From an uncultured Ruminococcus sp. (GTDB taxonomy: Bacteria > Bacillota > Clostridia > Oscillospirales > Acutalibacteraceae): a stretch of DNA of 64,000 bases. Below the pieces are notes generated by a model. The model was not told the origin of the DNA. It was given only the letters and a program-made list of their open reading frames with translations, and made no database searches. Of the stretch, positions 56,576-64,000 are shown piece by piece. The position numbers were made by a program, and so were the translations under genes. Positions within the stretch are counted from its first letter, which is position 1; every line of letters begins with the position of its first letter. Location: the NCBI GenBank assembly GCA_964629465.1, contig CAZVRE010000006.1, positions 5,615 through 69,614 on the forward strand, in the 5' to 3' direction.

Positions 56576-57505
56576 ATGTTAGATAATTTTTTTATTGTAG
56601 CCTTGCAGGTTGCAATCTTGTTTGTACTGATAGGTATAGGCTTTGTATCAGGCAAAACAAACCTTATTAACGAAAGTGGTTCAAAGCACCTTACAAACAT
56701 TGTACTGTACCTTGTAACACCTTGTGTAATCATTAAATCATTCCAAAGTGTTGAGTTTAACTCCACTTTGTTACGTGGGCTGATAATCACAGCCATATGT
56801 GCAACACTAATTCAGGTTATATCAATTTTTATATGTAAACTTATTTTTAGGAATAAAGACGAAAGCAAACGCAAGGTATTGCAGTTTGCCACAGTTTTTT
56901 CTAACTGTGGTTTTATGTCATTACCTTTGCAAGAGGCTTTGTTGGGTGCTATAGGTGTATTCTACGGTTCAGTTTTCGTTGCAATATTCAATATCCTGGT
57001 GTGGAGTTACGGCTTGATTGATATGAGCGGTAACAAAAAAGAGTTTAACCTCAAAAAAGTCTTTCTTAACCCTGGGGTATTGGGAGTTACAATTGCATTG
57101 ATTTTATTCTTTGCAAATTTCACTCTGCCTGAAGTCATCCTGTCACCTATAAGTTATATCGCAGCATTAAACACACCTTTACCAATGCTTGTTATAGGAT
57201 ATCACCTATCCAAAGCAAACATAGGCAAAGCCTTTAAGGACGGCTGGGTTTACCTTGTAATGGTATTGAGGTTGCTTGTTATTCCAGCAGCATCAGTACT
57301 GATTATGCGATTGTTGGGGGTAAGCGGAGAAATACTCATCGCCTGCACAGTAGCAGCATCTGCTCCCACTGCAGCCACAACCACAATGTTTGCCAACAAA
57401 TTCAATCGTGACGTTGAATTATCAGTTAACTTAGTATCCTGCACAACCTTGTTTTCTATTGTGACAATGCCATTTATTATAGCTTTTGCTCAAATTATTT
57501 CGTAA
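56576..57505 (+). CDS. AEC (auxin efflux carrier) family permease
   Basis: 309 aa with ~10 TM helices. The N-terminal FFIVALQVAILFVLIGIGF pattern is typical of the family. Confidence 0.8.
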   Translation: MLDNFFIVALQVAILFVLIGIGFVSGKTNLINESGSKHLTNIVLYLVTPCVIIKSFQSVEFNSTLLRGLIITAICATLIQVISIFICKLIFRNKDESKRKVLQFATVFSNCGFMSLPLQEALLGAIGVFYGSVFVAIFNILVWSYGLIDMSGNKKEFNLKKVFLNPGVLGVTIALILFFANFTLPEVILSPISYIAALNTPLPMLVIGYHLSKANIGKAFKDGWVYLVMVLRLLVIPAASVLIMRLLGVSGEILIACTVAASAPTAATTTMFANKFNRDVELSVNLVSCTTLFSIVTMPFIIAFAQIIS

Positions 57506-57517
57506 TGGAGAATTACT

Positions 57518-58534
57518 ATGGCTCGTAACCCTCGACAAAAACAAAAACTATTATATCTTCAAAAAATACTATTGGAAAAAACCGATGAAAATCACGGCTT
57601 AACAACCAACGAAATCATAACTGAACTTGCTAACTACGGCATCAATGCCGAACGCAAGAGCATTTATGATGACATACATACTTTAGAAATGTTTGGCCTT
57701 GATATTTGCAGCGAAAAAACTAAAACAGTAAAGTATTATATTGGTTCTCGTGATTTCCAAATTTCCGAGTTAAAATTACTTGTGGATGCAATTCAAAGTT
57801 CCAAATTTATTACTAAAAAGAAAAGTCTGGAACTCATCAAAAAAGTTGAGGGACTATCAAGCGTCAACGAAGCAAAACTTTTGCAACGTCAGGTATATGT
57901 TGCAAATCGTATAAAAACAGAAAACGAAACTATCTACTACAATGTTGACCGTTTGCACGAAGCAATCAACAAAGATATGCAGGTAAGTTTTTACTATAAC
58001 CAATGGACTCTTAACCTTGGAAGTACAGAAAAGTTAAAACTCCAACGCAAAAAAGACGGCGAAAAATACATCGTCAGCCCTTGGGCTCTGTGCTGGGATG
58101 ACGAAAACTACTATCTTGTTGCTTACGATCAAGTAGCACAAGATGTTCGCCATTATCGTGTTGACAAAATGGAACAAATCAATGTTCTTACTGAAAAGCG
58201 CTTGGGCAATGATATGCTCAAAAACTTTAACCTTGCAGAATACACCAACTCTATTTTCTCTATGTTTGCAGGTGATGAACAAGAGATAAAACTCTCTGTT
58301 CACAAAGACCTCACAGGTGTTATTGCAGACAGATTTGGAAGCAAAGTTTTTGTGACCAAGGACGATGCTCGACCTGACCATTTCATTGTAAAAACAACCG
58401 TAAAAATCAGCCACCAGTTTTTTGGTTGGTTATTGGCATTAGGCGATAAGGTTATTTTGCTTTCTCCTGAAAATGCAGTACAAGACTTTAAAACTCACTT
58501 AAACAACATAAACAAACTATATTTGGAGGTGTGA
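57518..58534 (+). CDS. HTH-WYL domain transcriptional regulator
   Basis: N-terminal winged HTH (LTTNEIITELANYGINAERKSIYDDI). WYL core YIVSPWALCWDDENYYLVAYD...VRHYRVDKM. C-terminal extension domain. Confidence 0.85.
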   Translation: MARNPRQKQKLLYLQKILLEKTDENHGLTTNEIITELANYGINAERKSIYDDIHTLEMFGLDICSEKTKTVKYYIGSRDFQISELKLLVDAIQSSKFITKKKSLELIKKVEGLSSVNEAKLLQRQVYVANRIKTENETIYYNVDRLHEAINKDMQVSFYYNQWTLNLGSTEKLKLQRKKDGEKYIVSPWALCWDDENYYLVAYDQVAQDVRHYRVDKMEQINVLTEKRLGNDMLKNFNLAEYTNSIFSMFAGDEQEIKLSVHKDLTGVIADRFGSKVFVTKDDARPDHFIVKTTVKISHQFFGWLLALGDKVILLSPENAVQDFKTHLNNINKLYLEV

Positions 58535-58536
58535 TT

Positions 58537-59502
58537 ATGATTTGTCCTAAATGTGGCAAAACTATACCTGACAACAAAACCGTTTGTCCTTATTGTCAGA
58601 ACGATATTGTGGACAACCTTGAATTCAACGATTACAAATCAGACGGTTTTGTGCATTTGCAACCAAAAGAATATGCTGCAAACAGTACCACCAAGTCAAA
58701 ACAGAAGCAAAAGTCAAAAAAACAACAAAATGAAAAGAAAATGTCAGAGGCTAATATCTTCATTGTTGCTATTGCTTTTATTGCCCTTATTGCTTTGATT
58801 ACAATTTTTGGCATAAAAAATCTCCGTAACAACGCTGAGCAAAGCGTAATCTACACCGTTAATACTGCCCAAACAACCTCAACTGAGGAAGTTGCAACAA
58901 CTAAAAACGACGTAACTGATTTAGATTTTTCTAATCTTGACGGTATATGGATGAGAGTTAAAGACCAGAACAAAAGCACTTATGTTCCTTACTTCACCTT
59001 TAGCGACAACAGCCTTTCTATTGAGTGTGGAACTATGAAGGCAAAATCAACAGTGATTGATATGACAACTGAAGAAGAACATAAAATTTTCATAAGTTCC
59101 AACAATGTTATTGCAGGTTATTTTTACTACGATGTAACAGGCAACAGTAACGACGGTTACACATTGAGTCTTACAAGTGTTGGCTCAACATCTGCCATTG
59201 AGTTTGTTAAAGTGAATGAAACAAAACTCAAAGAAGTTGAACCACCTGAGAAAAAAGTGATTGACAAAAACTTGGTGGGTATGTGGAGTCACACTGACAA
59301 TATGTATTATGACTTTAACAGTGATGGCACTTTTTCACGCTATAACGATGGCTTGTACCTTAATGGCATATGGACATTGGCAGACGAAAACACCTTAAAA
59401 CTCACTTACACAGAAAAGAAAGAAACAAACAAGTATCTACAATACAGCATTTATGACGATAAACTAATCATCGCAGAAGATGTTTACCGAAAAGAATCAT
59501 AG
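58537..59502 (+). CDS. Zinc-ribbon, single-pass membrane protein with two extracytoplasmic lipocalin-like repeats
   Basis: CPKCG...CPYC ribbon, K/Q-rich linker, TM helix IFIVAIAFIALIALITIFGI. The repeats carry L-x-G-x-W motifs (LDGIWMRV, LVGMWSHT, LNGIWTL). ATG 58537 follows GGAGGTG, 2 nt after the WYL stop. Confidence 0.65.
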   Translation: MICPKCGKTIPDNKTVCPYCQNDIVDNLEFNDYKSDGFVHLQPKEYAANSTTKSKQKQKSKKQQNEKKMSEANIFIVAIAFIALIALITIFGIKNLRNNAEQSVIYTVNTAQTTSTEEVATTKNDVTDLDFSNLDGIWMRVKDQNKSTYVPYFTFSDNSLSIECGTMKAKSTVIDMTTEEEHKIFISSNNVIAGYFYYDVTGNSNDGYTLSLTSVGSTSAIEFVKVNETKLKEVEPPEKKVIDKNLVGMWSHTDNMYYDFNSDGTFSRYNDGLYLNGIWTLADENTLKLTYTEKKETNKYLQYSIYDDKLIIAEDVYRKES

Positions 59503-59524
59503 TCCGTATAATAGTACATTTGTT

Positions 59525-59556
59525 CCCTTATAATGTAATTAAAGACATTATAAGGG
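59525..59556 (+). promoter_or_regulatory. Perfect 11-bp hairpin overlapping the Shine-Dalgarno of the downstream micro-ORF
   Basis: CCCTTATAATG, 10-nt loop, CATTATAAGGG. The three 3'-terminal G residues are the first bases of GGGAGGA (59554-59560). Confidence 0.5.
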
Positions 59557-59566
59557 AGGAATAAAT

Positions 59567-59668
59567 ATGTTGAACTTTTGTTTTTTCACTTTTGTACTTT
59601 ATGCGTTATCAGGAATTTGTGGTATGCTTTTTCCTAACATTAAAAACAAGTTCAAAAAAGCAAAATGA
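59567..59668 (+). CDS. Candidate 33-aa hydrophobic/cationic micropeptide (MLNFCFFTFVLYALSGICGMLFPNIKNKFKKAK)
   Basis: Strong GGGAGGA RBS 6 nt upstream, and one TM helix plus a K-rich tail. No homology was recognised. Confidence 0.35.
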   Translation: MLNFCFFTFVLYALSGICGMLFPNIKNKFKKAK

Positions 59669-59682
59669 AATGAGGGGTAATT

Positions 59683-60606
59683 TTGCAACATCTTTTTATT
59701 ATCAACCGATTTGCAGGTAAGAAAGACAGTTATGACGACATAGTTTCCCAGATTAACCAACTTAATTTAGAGAACTGCACAATTATCGAAACTATGAGCA
59801 AAAGCGACGCCACCAAAAAGGCTCGTGAATTTGTGCAGAAAACCGAGGACTTCGTAAGAGTTTATGCGTGTGGGGGCGACGGAACTTTCAACGAAGTGGT
59901 CAACGGCATTTATGATTTAGAAAATTGTGCTATTGCAGTAATACCTATTGGTAGTGGTAACGATTTCATTCGTAGTTTTGAATTTTCAAAAGAAGATTAT
60001 CTTAATGTATCTAACTTAATTGATGGAAGCATTGGCACCATAGACCTTATAAAATGCAACGACACTATTGGCGCAAATTCCGTTTCTTTGGGCTATGACT
60101 GTGCTGTAGCAAAGTCTATGCCACTGTTTAGACGATGGAAATTTATAACTTCCTCATTTGCTTACAAACTATCTATTATTTATTGTATTTTAAATAAACG
60201 CAAGCACAACTTCAAAATTATTGCAGACGGTAAAGAAATAAAAAGAAAAACGCCTACATATCTATTGTCAATTGCTGCAAAAGGCAAGTACTATGGTGGT
60301 GGCATCAAATGCGCACCAAAAGCCAAAAACGACGACAATTATCTTGACTTCTTGTGCGTAGACACTATTGGTGTGCTAAAGATTATCTCTTTGCTTACAA
60401 CTTTTATGAAAGGCGAACATCTTGATAACCCAAAATTTGAGAGCATACTTGAACACCACAAGTTCAAAACAGTAGAGTACACAAGTGACCACCCATTTGA
60501 TATTGGCGTTGACGGCGAAATTATGGAAGTAACAAACGCCAAAATAACAGTTCTACCAAATGCTCTGAAAGTTATATTCCCTACAAAACAAACAAAGGCA
60601 CTTTAG
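59683..60606 (+). CDS. Diacylglycerol/lipid kinase family protein (YegS/DagK-like)
   Basis: Motif VYACGGDGTFNEVVNG. The apparent TTG start follows GAGGGG. Confidence 0.8.
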   Translation: MQHLFIINRFAGKKDSYDDIVSQINQLNLENCTIIETMSKSDATKKAREFVQKTEDFVRVYACGGDGTFNEVVNGIYDLENCAIAVIPIGSGNDFIRSFEFSKEDYLNVSNLIDGSIGTIDLIKCNDTIGANSVSLGYDCAVAKSMPLFRRWKFITSSFAYKLSIIYCILNKRKHNFKIIADGKEIKRKTPTYLLSIAAKGKYYGGGIKCAPKAKNDDNYLDFLCVDTIGVLKIISLLTTFMKGEHLDNPKFESILEHHKFKTVEYTSDHPFDIGVDGEIMEVTNAKITVLPNALKVIFPTKQTKAL

Positions 60607-60626
60607 TAAAAACTAAAGTGCCTTTT
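60595..60626. terminator. Bidirectional intrinsic terminator
   Basis: Stem AGGCACTTTAG/CTAAAGTGCCT with a 6-nt loop, followed by T5. It overlaps the stop of the kinase gene. Confidence 0.7.
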
Positions 60627-60634
60627 TGTATTCT

Positions 60635-61126
60635 TTAAATACCGTACATATCTTCAAACATTTTGATACTTGACGGTGTACGGAAAATCTTTTCTTTTAT
60701 TGATTTAGCAAGTTCCTTACTGATATTGTCCTCGTAAATATTAACAAGGAAGTCAGCCTCTACCAAAATTCTGTAAGGGGCGTTGTCAATGCCTTTGTAG
60801 GTGTGATGATGAGCAATCAAGAAGCAAACCTTATCAATGAACTCCTCGTCATAGCCTATCTCTCTAAGCATTTTTTCAGCCTCTGCAGGTCCCTCTTGCT
60901 CCTGATACTTTTCAGAAGCCGATCCAAATTTTTCTTCGCTTAATTTGATGCCAATGTTATGAGTAATAGCGGCAACTTCGAGTATATACTGCACATCTTC
61001 AGGCAATTTTTCGTTTATGCCTATTGTTCGAGCAACAGAATACACTTTCATAAAATGTTGAATTCGCTTTACATCGCCCTTAAAATAATGCATCATTGCA
61101 TTTATTGTATCGTTAATCTTTGACAT
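60635..61126 (-). CDS. HD-domain superfamily protein with H-N in place of the H-D dyad
   Basis: 163 aa with the pattern H(FMKV)...ITHNIG...IAHHHT...EADF. Confidence 0.75.
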   Translation of the reverse strand: MSKINDTINAMMHYFKGDVKRIQHFMKVYSVARTIGINEKLPEDVQYILEVAAITHNIGIKLSEEKFGSASEKYQEQEGPAEAEKMLREIGYDEEFIDKVCFLIAHHHTYKGIDNAPYRILVEADFLVNIYEDNISKELAKSIKEKIFRTPSSIKMFEDMYGI

Positions 61127-61658
61127 TTTTGCCTTTTCCCCTTATTTTTCGTATGTACTTAAATGTTTCTTTCTCACCCTTTGATTCCAACATTCGTAAC
61201 AAAAACTCGATCTCATCAGAAGTTTCTTCATCAATAATTCGCACATGTTTTGCTCTCATAAAATACTCAAGTGGTGATGAGTTGGTGTAATTTTCGCCGT
61301 TATAGATTTTACTGGCAGCAACTCTGTCGCAAAACATCTCTATAACATATTTTTTTGGCATTTTTACAGGCTTTAAGGTTCGGGTTTTGCAGTCATAATC
61401 TGTCCAATATTCAAAGTGATGCTTGTTCCTGCCCTTGTGGTGCATCCAAGCCTTGGAATAGCCGTAGGCTTCACGTTCGCCCTCGTTAGGCGAACGAGTA
61501 CCTTGATAATATTTTGCCCCTGCCAAGAACTCCGTAGGGGTGTATTTTGACAAATCGTGAAGCAAACCCCTCCAAGGAATACCTGCACGAAAACAATTCG
61601 CTATAACCTTGTGCCTATGGCGAGTTATAGTTACAAAATGCCTTATACCCTTAATCAT
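61113..61658 (-). CDS. Conserved hypothetical protein (resembles the DUF5662 family, recalled from memory)
   Basis: The sequence HFVTITRHRHKV...LLHDLSKYTPTEF...YYQGTRSPN...WMHHKGRNKHHFEYW. I place the start at ATG 61658. It overlaps the HD gene by 14 nt. Confidence 0.55.
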   Translation of the reverse strand: MIKGIRHFVTITRHRHKVIANCFRAGIPWRGLLHDLSKYTPTEFLAGAKYYQGTRSPNEGEREAYGYSKAWMHHKGRNKHHFEYWTDYDCKTRTLKPVKMPKKYVIEMFCDRVAASKIYNGENYTNSSPLEYFMRAKHVRIIDEETSDEIEFLLRMLESKGEKETFKYIRKIRGKGKNVKD

Positions 61659-61906
61659 AAAATCTCCAAACAAGAAAGCGTGCACACCAAAGGTATGTGC
61701 GTTTCCTTCTACCCATCGCTCGTGTGTACGCAGTGCACTACTGAACGGGAAATTTAAATTGTTTTTTATTTAATAAGAAGATTACATCATTTTTCAAGAA
61801 ACAAAAAAACTTAAATTTCTGCAATTCTTAGCAAAAAATGAGGTTTCCTATTAAATAAGATGCAAAGCCTATTGTATCACAAAATCGCAAAAATTCAAGA
61901 GCAAAT

Positions 61907-62800
61907 TTATTCTGCTTCCTCTGGATACACATAACTAATCATTGTTTCCAATGCAGTTAAGGAAGTGTAGCCCTGCATAGACAAATCATCAAGAGGTATA
62001 ATCTCTGTGTTATAAGCAAGGGCATCAAGTTCCCACAAGGTTAAATCTTGCTTTAAATAATCAATGACTGTCTGGTCGTCACAGAATACACAGTCAGGAT
62101 TTGCAAGCATAAGCATATCTTTGTCAACTTCTTTTGACTCAGCGTTTTCCATAACATTAACTGTGTAAGAATAGCCCAAAACTTCGGTTTCCCAAGCATC
62201 TTTTGTAAGCGCCATCAATGTGTCATTTTCAAGATACAAGTAGCAGATGGTTTTTTCGGTACTATTACCTGTGGAAGCAGACTCATAAATAAGGTCCAGA
62301 GTTTCTGTAAGGTCAGCGAAACCCTCTGCGCCCTTTTGTGCACCTGTTATGTTTCCACCCAAAATCTTGCCAATAGTTATGTATAACTGCTCAACTTCCT
62401 CGTGAGTATCAGCCTCATCAAATGTAATAACTGTTATATTCTTCTCGTCTAATTGAGCCTTAACATCCTCACTCAATGTACTTTCTGCAAGTACTAAATC
62501 AGCACCTGCATTTTCAACAAGAGATACATCTGGGGTTGAAGCAGTACCAACAGACGGCACAACATCAAAGCCTAACTGATTAACATCATCACTACGACCT
62601 GCTACCTTGCCGTCATAACCAATGCAAGATATAATATCAACTAAATTCTTGCCTAATACCACAACATTAGTTGGCTCTGCTTTTAGAGTTACTTCGCCAA
62701 CCTTTACAGGATATTCCTTGTTACCACAAGAAACAAACATACAAGCCGATGTCAAAATAATAGTCAAACACAAAACTAAAGATATAATTTTTTTACTCAT
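61907..62800 (-). CDS. Lipoprotein, ABC-type periplasmic binding protein (cluster A, siderophore/cobalamin BtuF-like fold)
   Basis: Lipobox MFVSC. The sequence VVVLGKNLVDIISCIGYDGKVAGRS is typical of the family. No cognate permease or ATPase is present in the window. Confidence 0.75.
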   Translation of the reverse strand: MSKKIISLVLCLTIILTSACMFVSCGNKEYPVKVGEVTLKAEPTNVVVLGKNLVDIISCIGYDGKVAGRSDDVNQLGFDVVPSVGTASTPDVSLVENAGADLVLAESTLSEDVKAQLDEKNITVITFDEADTHEEVEQLYITIGKILGGNITGAQKGAEGFADLTETLDLIYESASTGNSTEKTICYLYLENDTLMALTKDAWETEVLGYSYTVNVMENAESKEVDKDMLMLANPDCVFCDDQTVIDYLKQDLTLWELDALAYNTEIIPLDDLSMQGYTSLTALETMISYVYPEEAE

Positions 62801-62812
62801 AATATACCTCCG

Positions 62813-63997
62813 TTAAAATAAAAGTGACTCAACAAACTGCTTTGCACAACGAGGAGAGCGGCCGCCTCTGTTAAGAGCAAACGCCTCTGCCTTTGTTGCC
62901 AGTTCTTTTTGATCATATTCAAGTCCTGCTCTTTGAGCAAGGTCATATACAATAGCAAGATACTGCTTTTGGTCAGGGTTGCTAAAACATACTGACAAAC
63001 CAAAACGGTCTGCCAAAGATAAAGTTTCTTGCATATTATCACGACGGTTGATATCGTCAGTATCTCTATCCTGCCAACTTTCTTTTACAAGGTGACGACG
63101 GTTAGAAGTAGCATAAATAAGTGCATTCTCAGGACGAGCAGCAAGTCCACCCTCCAAAACAGCCTTGAGGGAAGTATAACTTTGGTCCTGACGCTGGAAA
63201 GACAAATCGTCAATAAAAATAATAAACTTCATTGGAATCGAAGCGATTTTATCAACCAAAATTGGAAAATCTACCAAGCGTTCCTTTGGAATTTCGACCA
63301 CACGCAAGCCGTCTTTTCTAAATTCGTTGGCGATAGCCTTAACGGTTGAACTTTTGCCTGTACCCATATCGCCATAAAGCAAACAGTTGTTGCAACTTTT
63401 ACCCTGTAAAAACGCCTTTGTGTTCTCAACAACTCTGCCTCTCTGTGCTTCGTAACCCACAAAAGTATCAATGTTAATCTTGTCAGGGTGCTCAACCGGA
63501 CAAATCTCGCCATCACGCCAAATAAACGCCTTGTAACGAGCGTACATACCACAACCGTTTTCTTTGTAGAACTTGGCAAGAGTATCAATGTAAATTTTTT
63601 CACCCTCAAAGGCTTCCACTGGTTTGCCTGTACCCCAACGAGGCAAGGTATCAATTACTTCCTTAATATTGTCCTTGTTAGCGTAATCTTGAAGAATATC
63701 GTCAGCAGTAAGAACGCTGGCTTTTTTTATGACCTGACAATCACGAATTGTCGCATCAATCAAGTCTTGGGGCAGAGTGTCCACCTTACCCCCTGTAGCC
63801 GCTAAAGTAAAAGCGTTCTCATCAAACAACGCCGCCTGTGTTACCGTGTATGCAAAATTATCCGAAACATTCCTCTGACAAAGCAAAGAATAAAACTCGC
63901 CGTAACTGCTGAGAAATTTTTCAGGCGATGCATCTATATTTTCAAGAATATTCATAAAGCCTTTCATAACACTTCTGTCAAGAATTCCTCTGTACAC
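62813..63997 (-). CDS. AAA-type ATPase of the DUF815 family (N-terminus uncertain, may extend past the window end)
   Basis: Walker A YGDMGTGKSS, Walker B FIIFIDDLSF, and sensor region YATSNRRHL. The frame stays open to position 64000. Confidence 0.75.
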   Translation of the reverse strand: MYRGILDRSVMKGFMNILENIDASPEKFLSSYGEFYSLLCQRNVSDNFAYTVTQAALFDENAFTLAATGGKVDTLPQDLIDATIRDCQVIKKASVLTADDILQDYANKDNIKEVIDTLPRWGTGKPVEAFEGEKIYIDTLAKFYKENGCGMYARYKAFIWRDGEICPVEHPDKINIDTFVGYEAQRGRVVENTKAFLQGKSCNNCLLYGDMGTGKSSTVKAIANEFRKDGLRVVEIPKERLVDFPILVDKIASIPMKFIIFIDDLSFQRQDQSYTSLKAVLEGGLAARPENALIYATSNRRHLVKESWQDRDTDDINRRDNMQETLSLADRFGLSVCFSNPDQKQYLAIVYDLAQRAGLEYDQKELATKAEAFALNRGGRSPRCAKQFVESLLF

Positions 63998-64000
63998 AGA

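Noticed and set aside
1-64000. Scan for mobile elements, prophage genes, CRISPR arrays, tRNA/rRNA, toxin-antitoxin pairs or known defence genes
   Set aside because: No integrase, transposase or recombinase motifs were found. No repeat-spacer arrays and no tRNA-like cloverleaf candidates were seen in the short intergenic regions. The only defence-associated domain is the WYL regulator, which lacks any nuclease, helicase or methylase neighbour.

Overview
AT-rich, densely coding chromosomal segment that looks like a spore-forming Firmicute/Clostridia genome, because spoIIID is present. I saw no rRNA, tRNA, CRISPR array, transposase, integrase or obvious prophage genes. Layout from left to right: (1) Minus-strand operon with a yybP-ykoY-like Mn2+ riboswitch leader, then cardiolipin synthase, then a P2-type cation ATPase that is truncated at the window start. 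(2) A TetR regulator with flanking micro-ORFs. (3) capD-like dehydratase plus glmS with no room for a glmS ribozyme. (4) An 18-gene minus-strand Wzx/Wzy-type glycopolymer locus (8.5-27.4 kb). It carries glf, six GT2/GT4 enzymes, two pyruvyl transferases, an O-acyltransferase, LicD, a membrane-anchored GH88/105-like protein, a split transketolase, an aldo/keto reductase and a small initiating phosphoglycosyl transferase. (5) Metallophosphoesterase and corA. (6) An AT-rich block of three signal-peptide proteins that includes a divergent S8 (subtilase-like) protein. (7) TetR and glgB, the latter with a polycationic tail. (8) metF, a MetH activation-domain protein and a truncated metH. (9) A GtrB-like GT2, a secreted transglutaminase-like protein and spoIIID. 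(10) A heterodimeric ABC exporter pair. (11) A DegT aminotransferase, a repeat protein, a 2-hydroxyacid dehydrogenase, a HAD hydrolase, upp and a uracil permease. (12) A K/A/P-rich small protein and an AEC transporter. (13) A WYL regulator coupled to a zinc-ribbon membrane protein and a micropeptide. (14) A lipid kinase, an HD protein with a DUF5662-like protein, and an orphan substrate-binding lipoprotein with a DUF815-type ATPase. Nothing matches a known defence or mobile system. The most interesting signals are the riboswitch-cls-ATPase unit, the thiamine-enzyme/reductase/LicD module inside the glycopolymer locus, the S8 protein with an altered catalytic motif, and the WYL/zinc-ribbon/micropeptide unit. 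All calls rest on reading motifs by eye; no searches were run.
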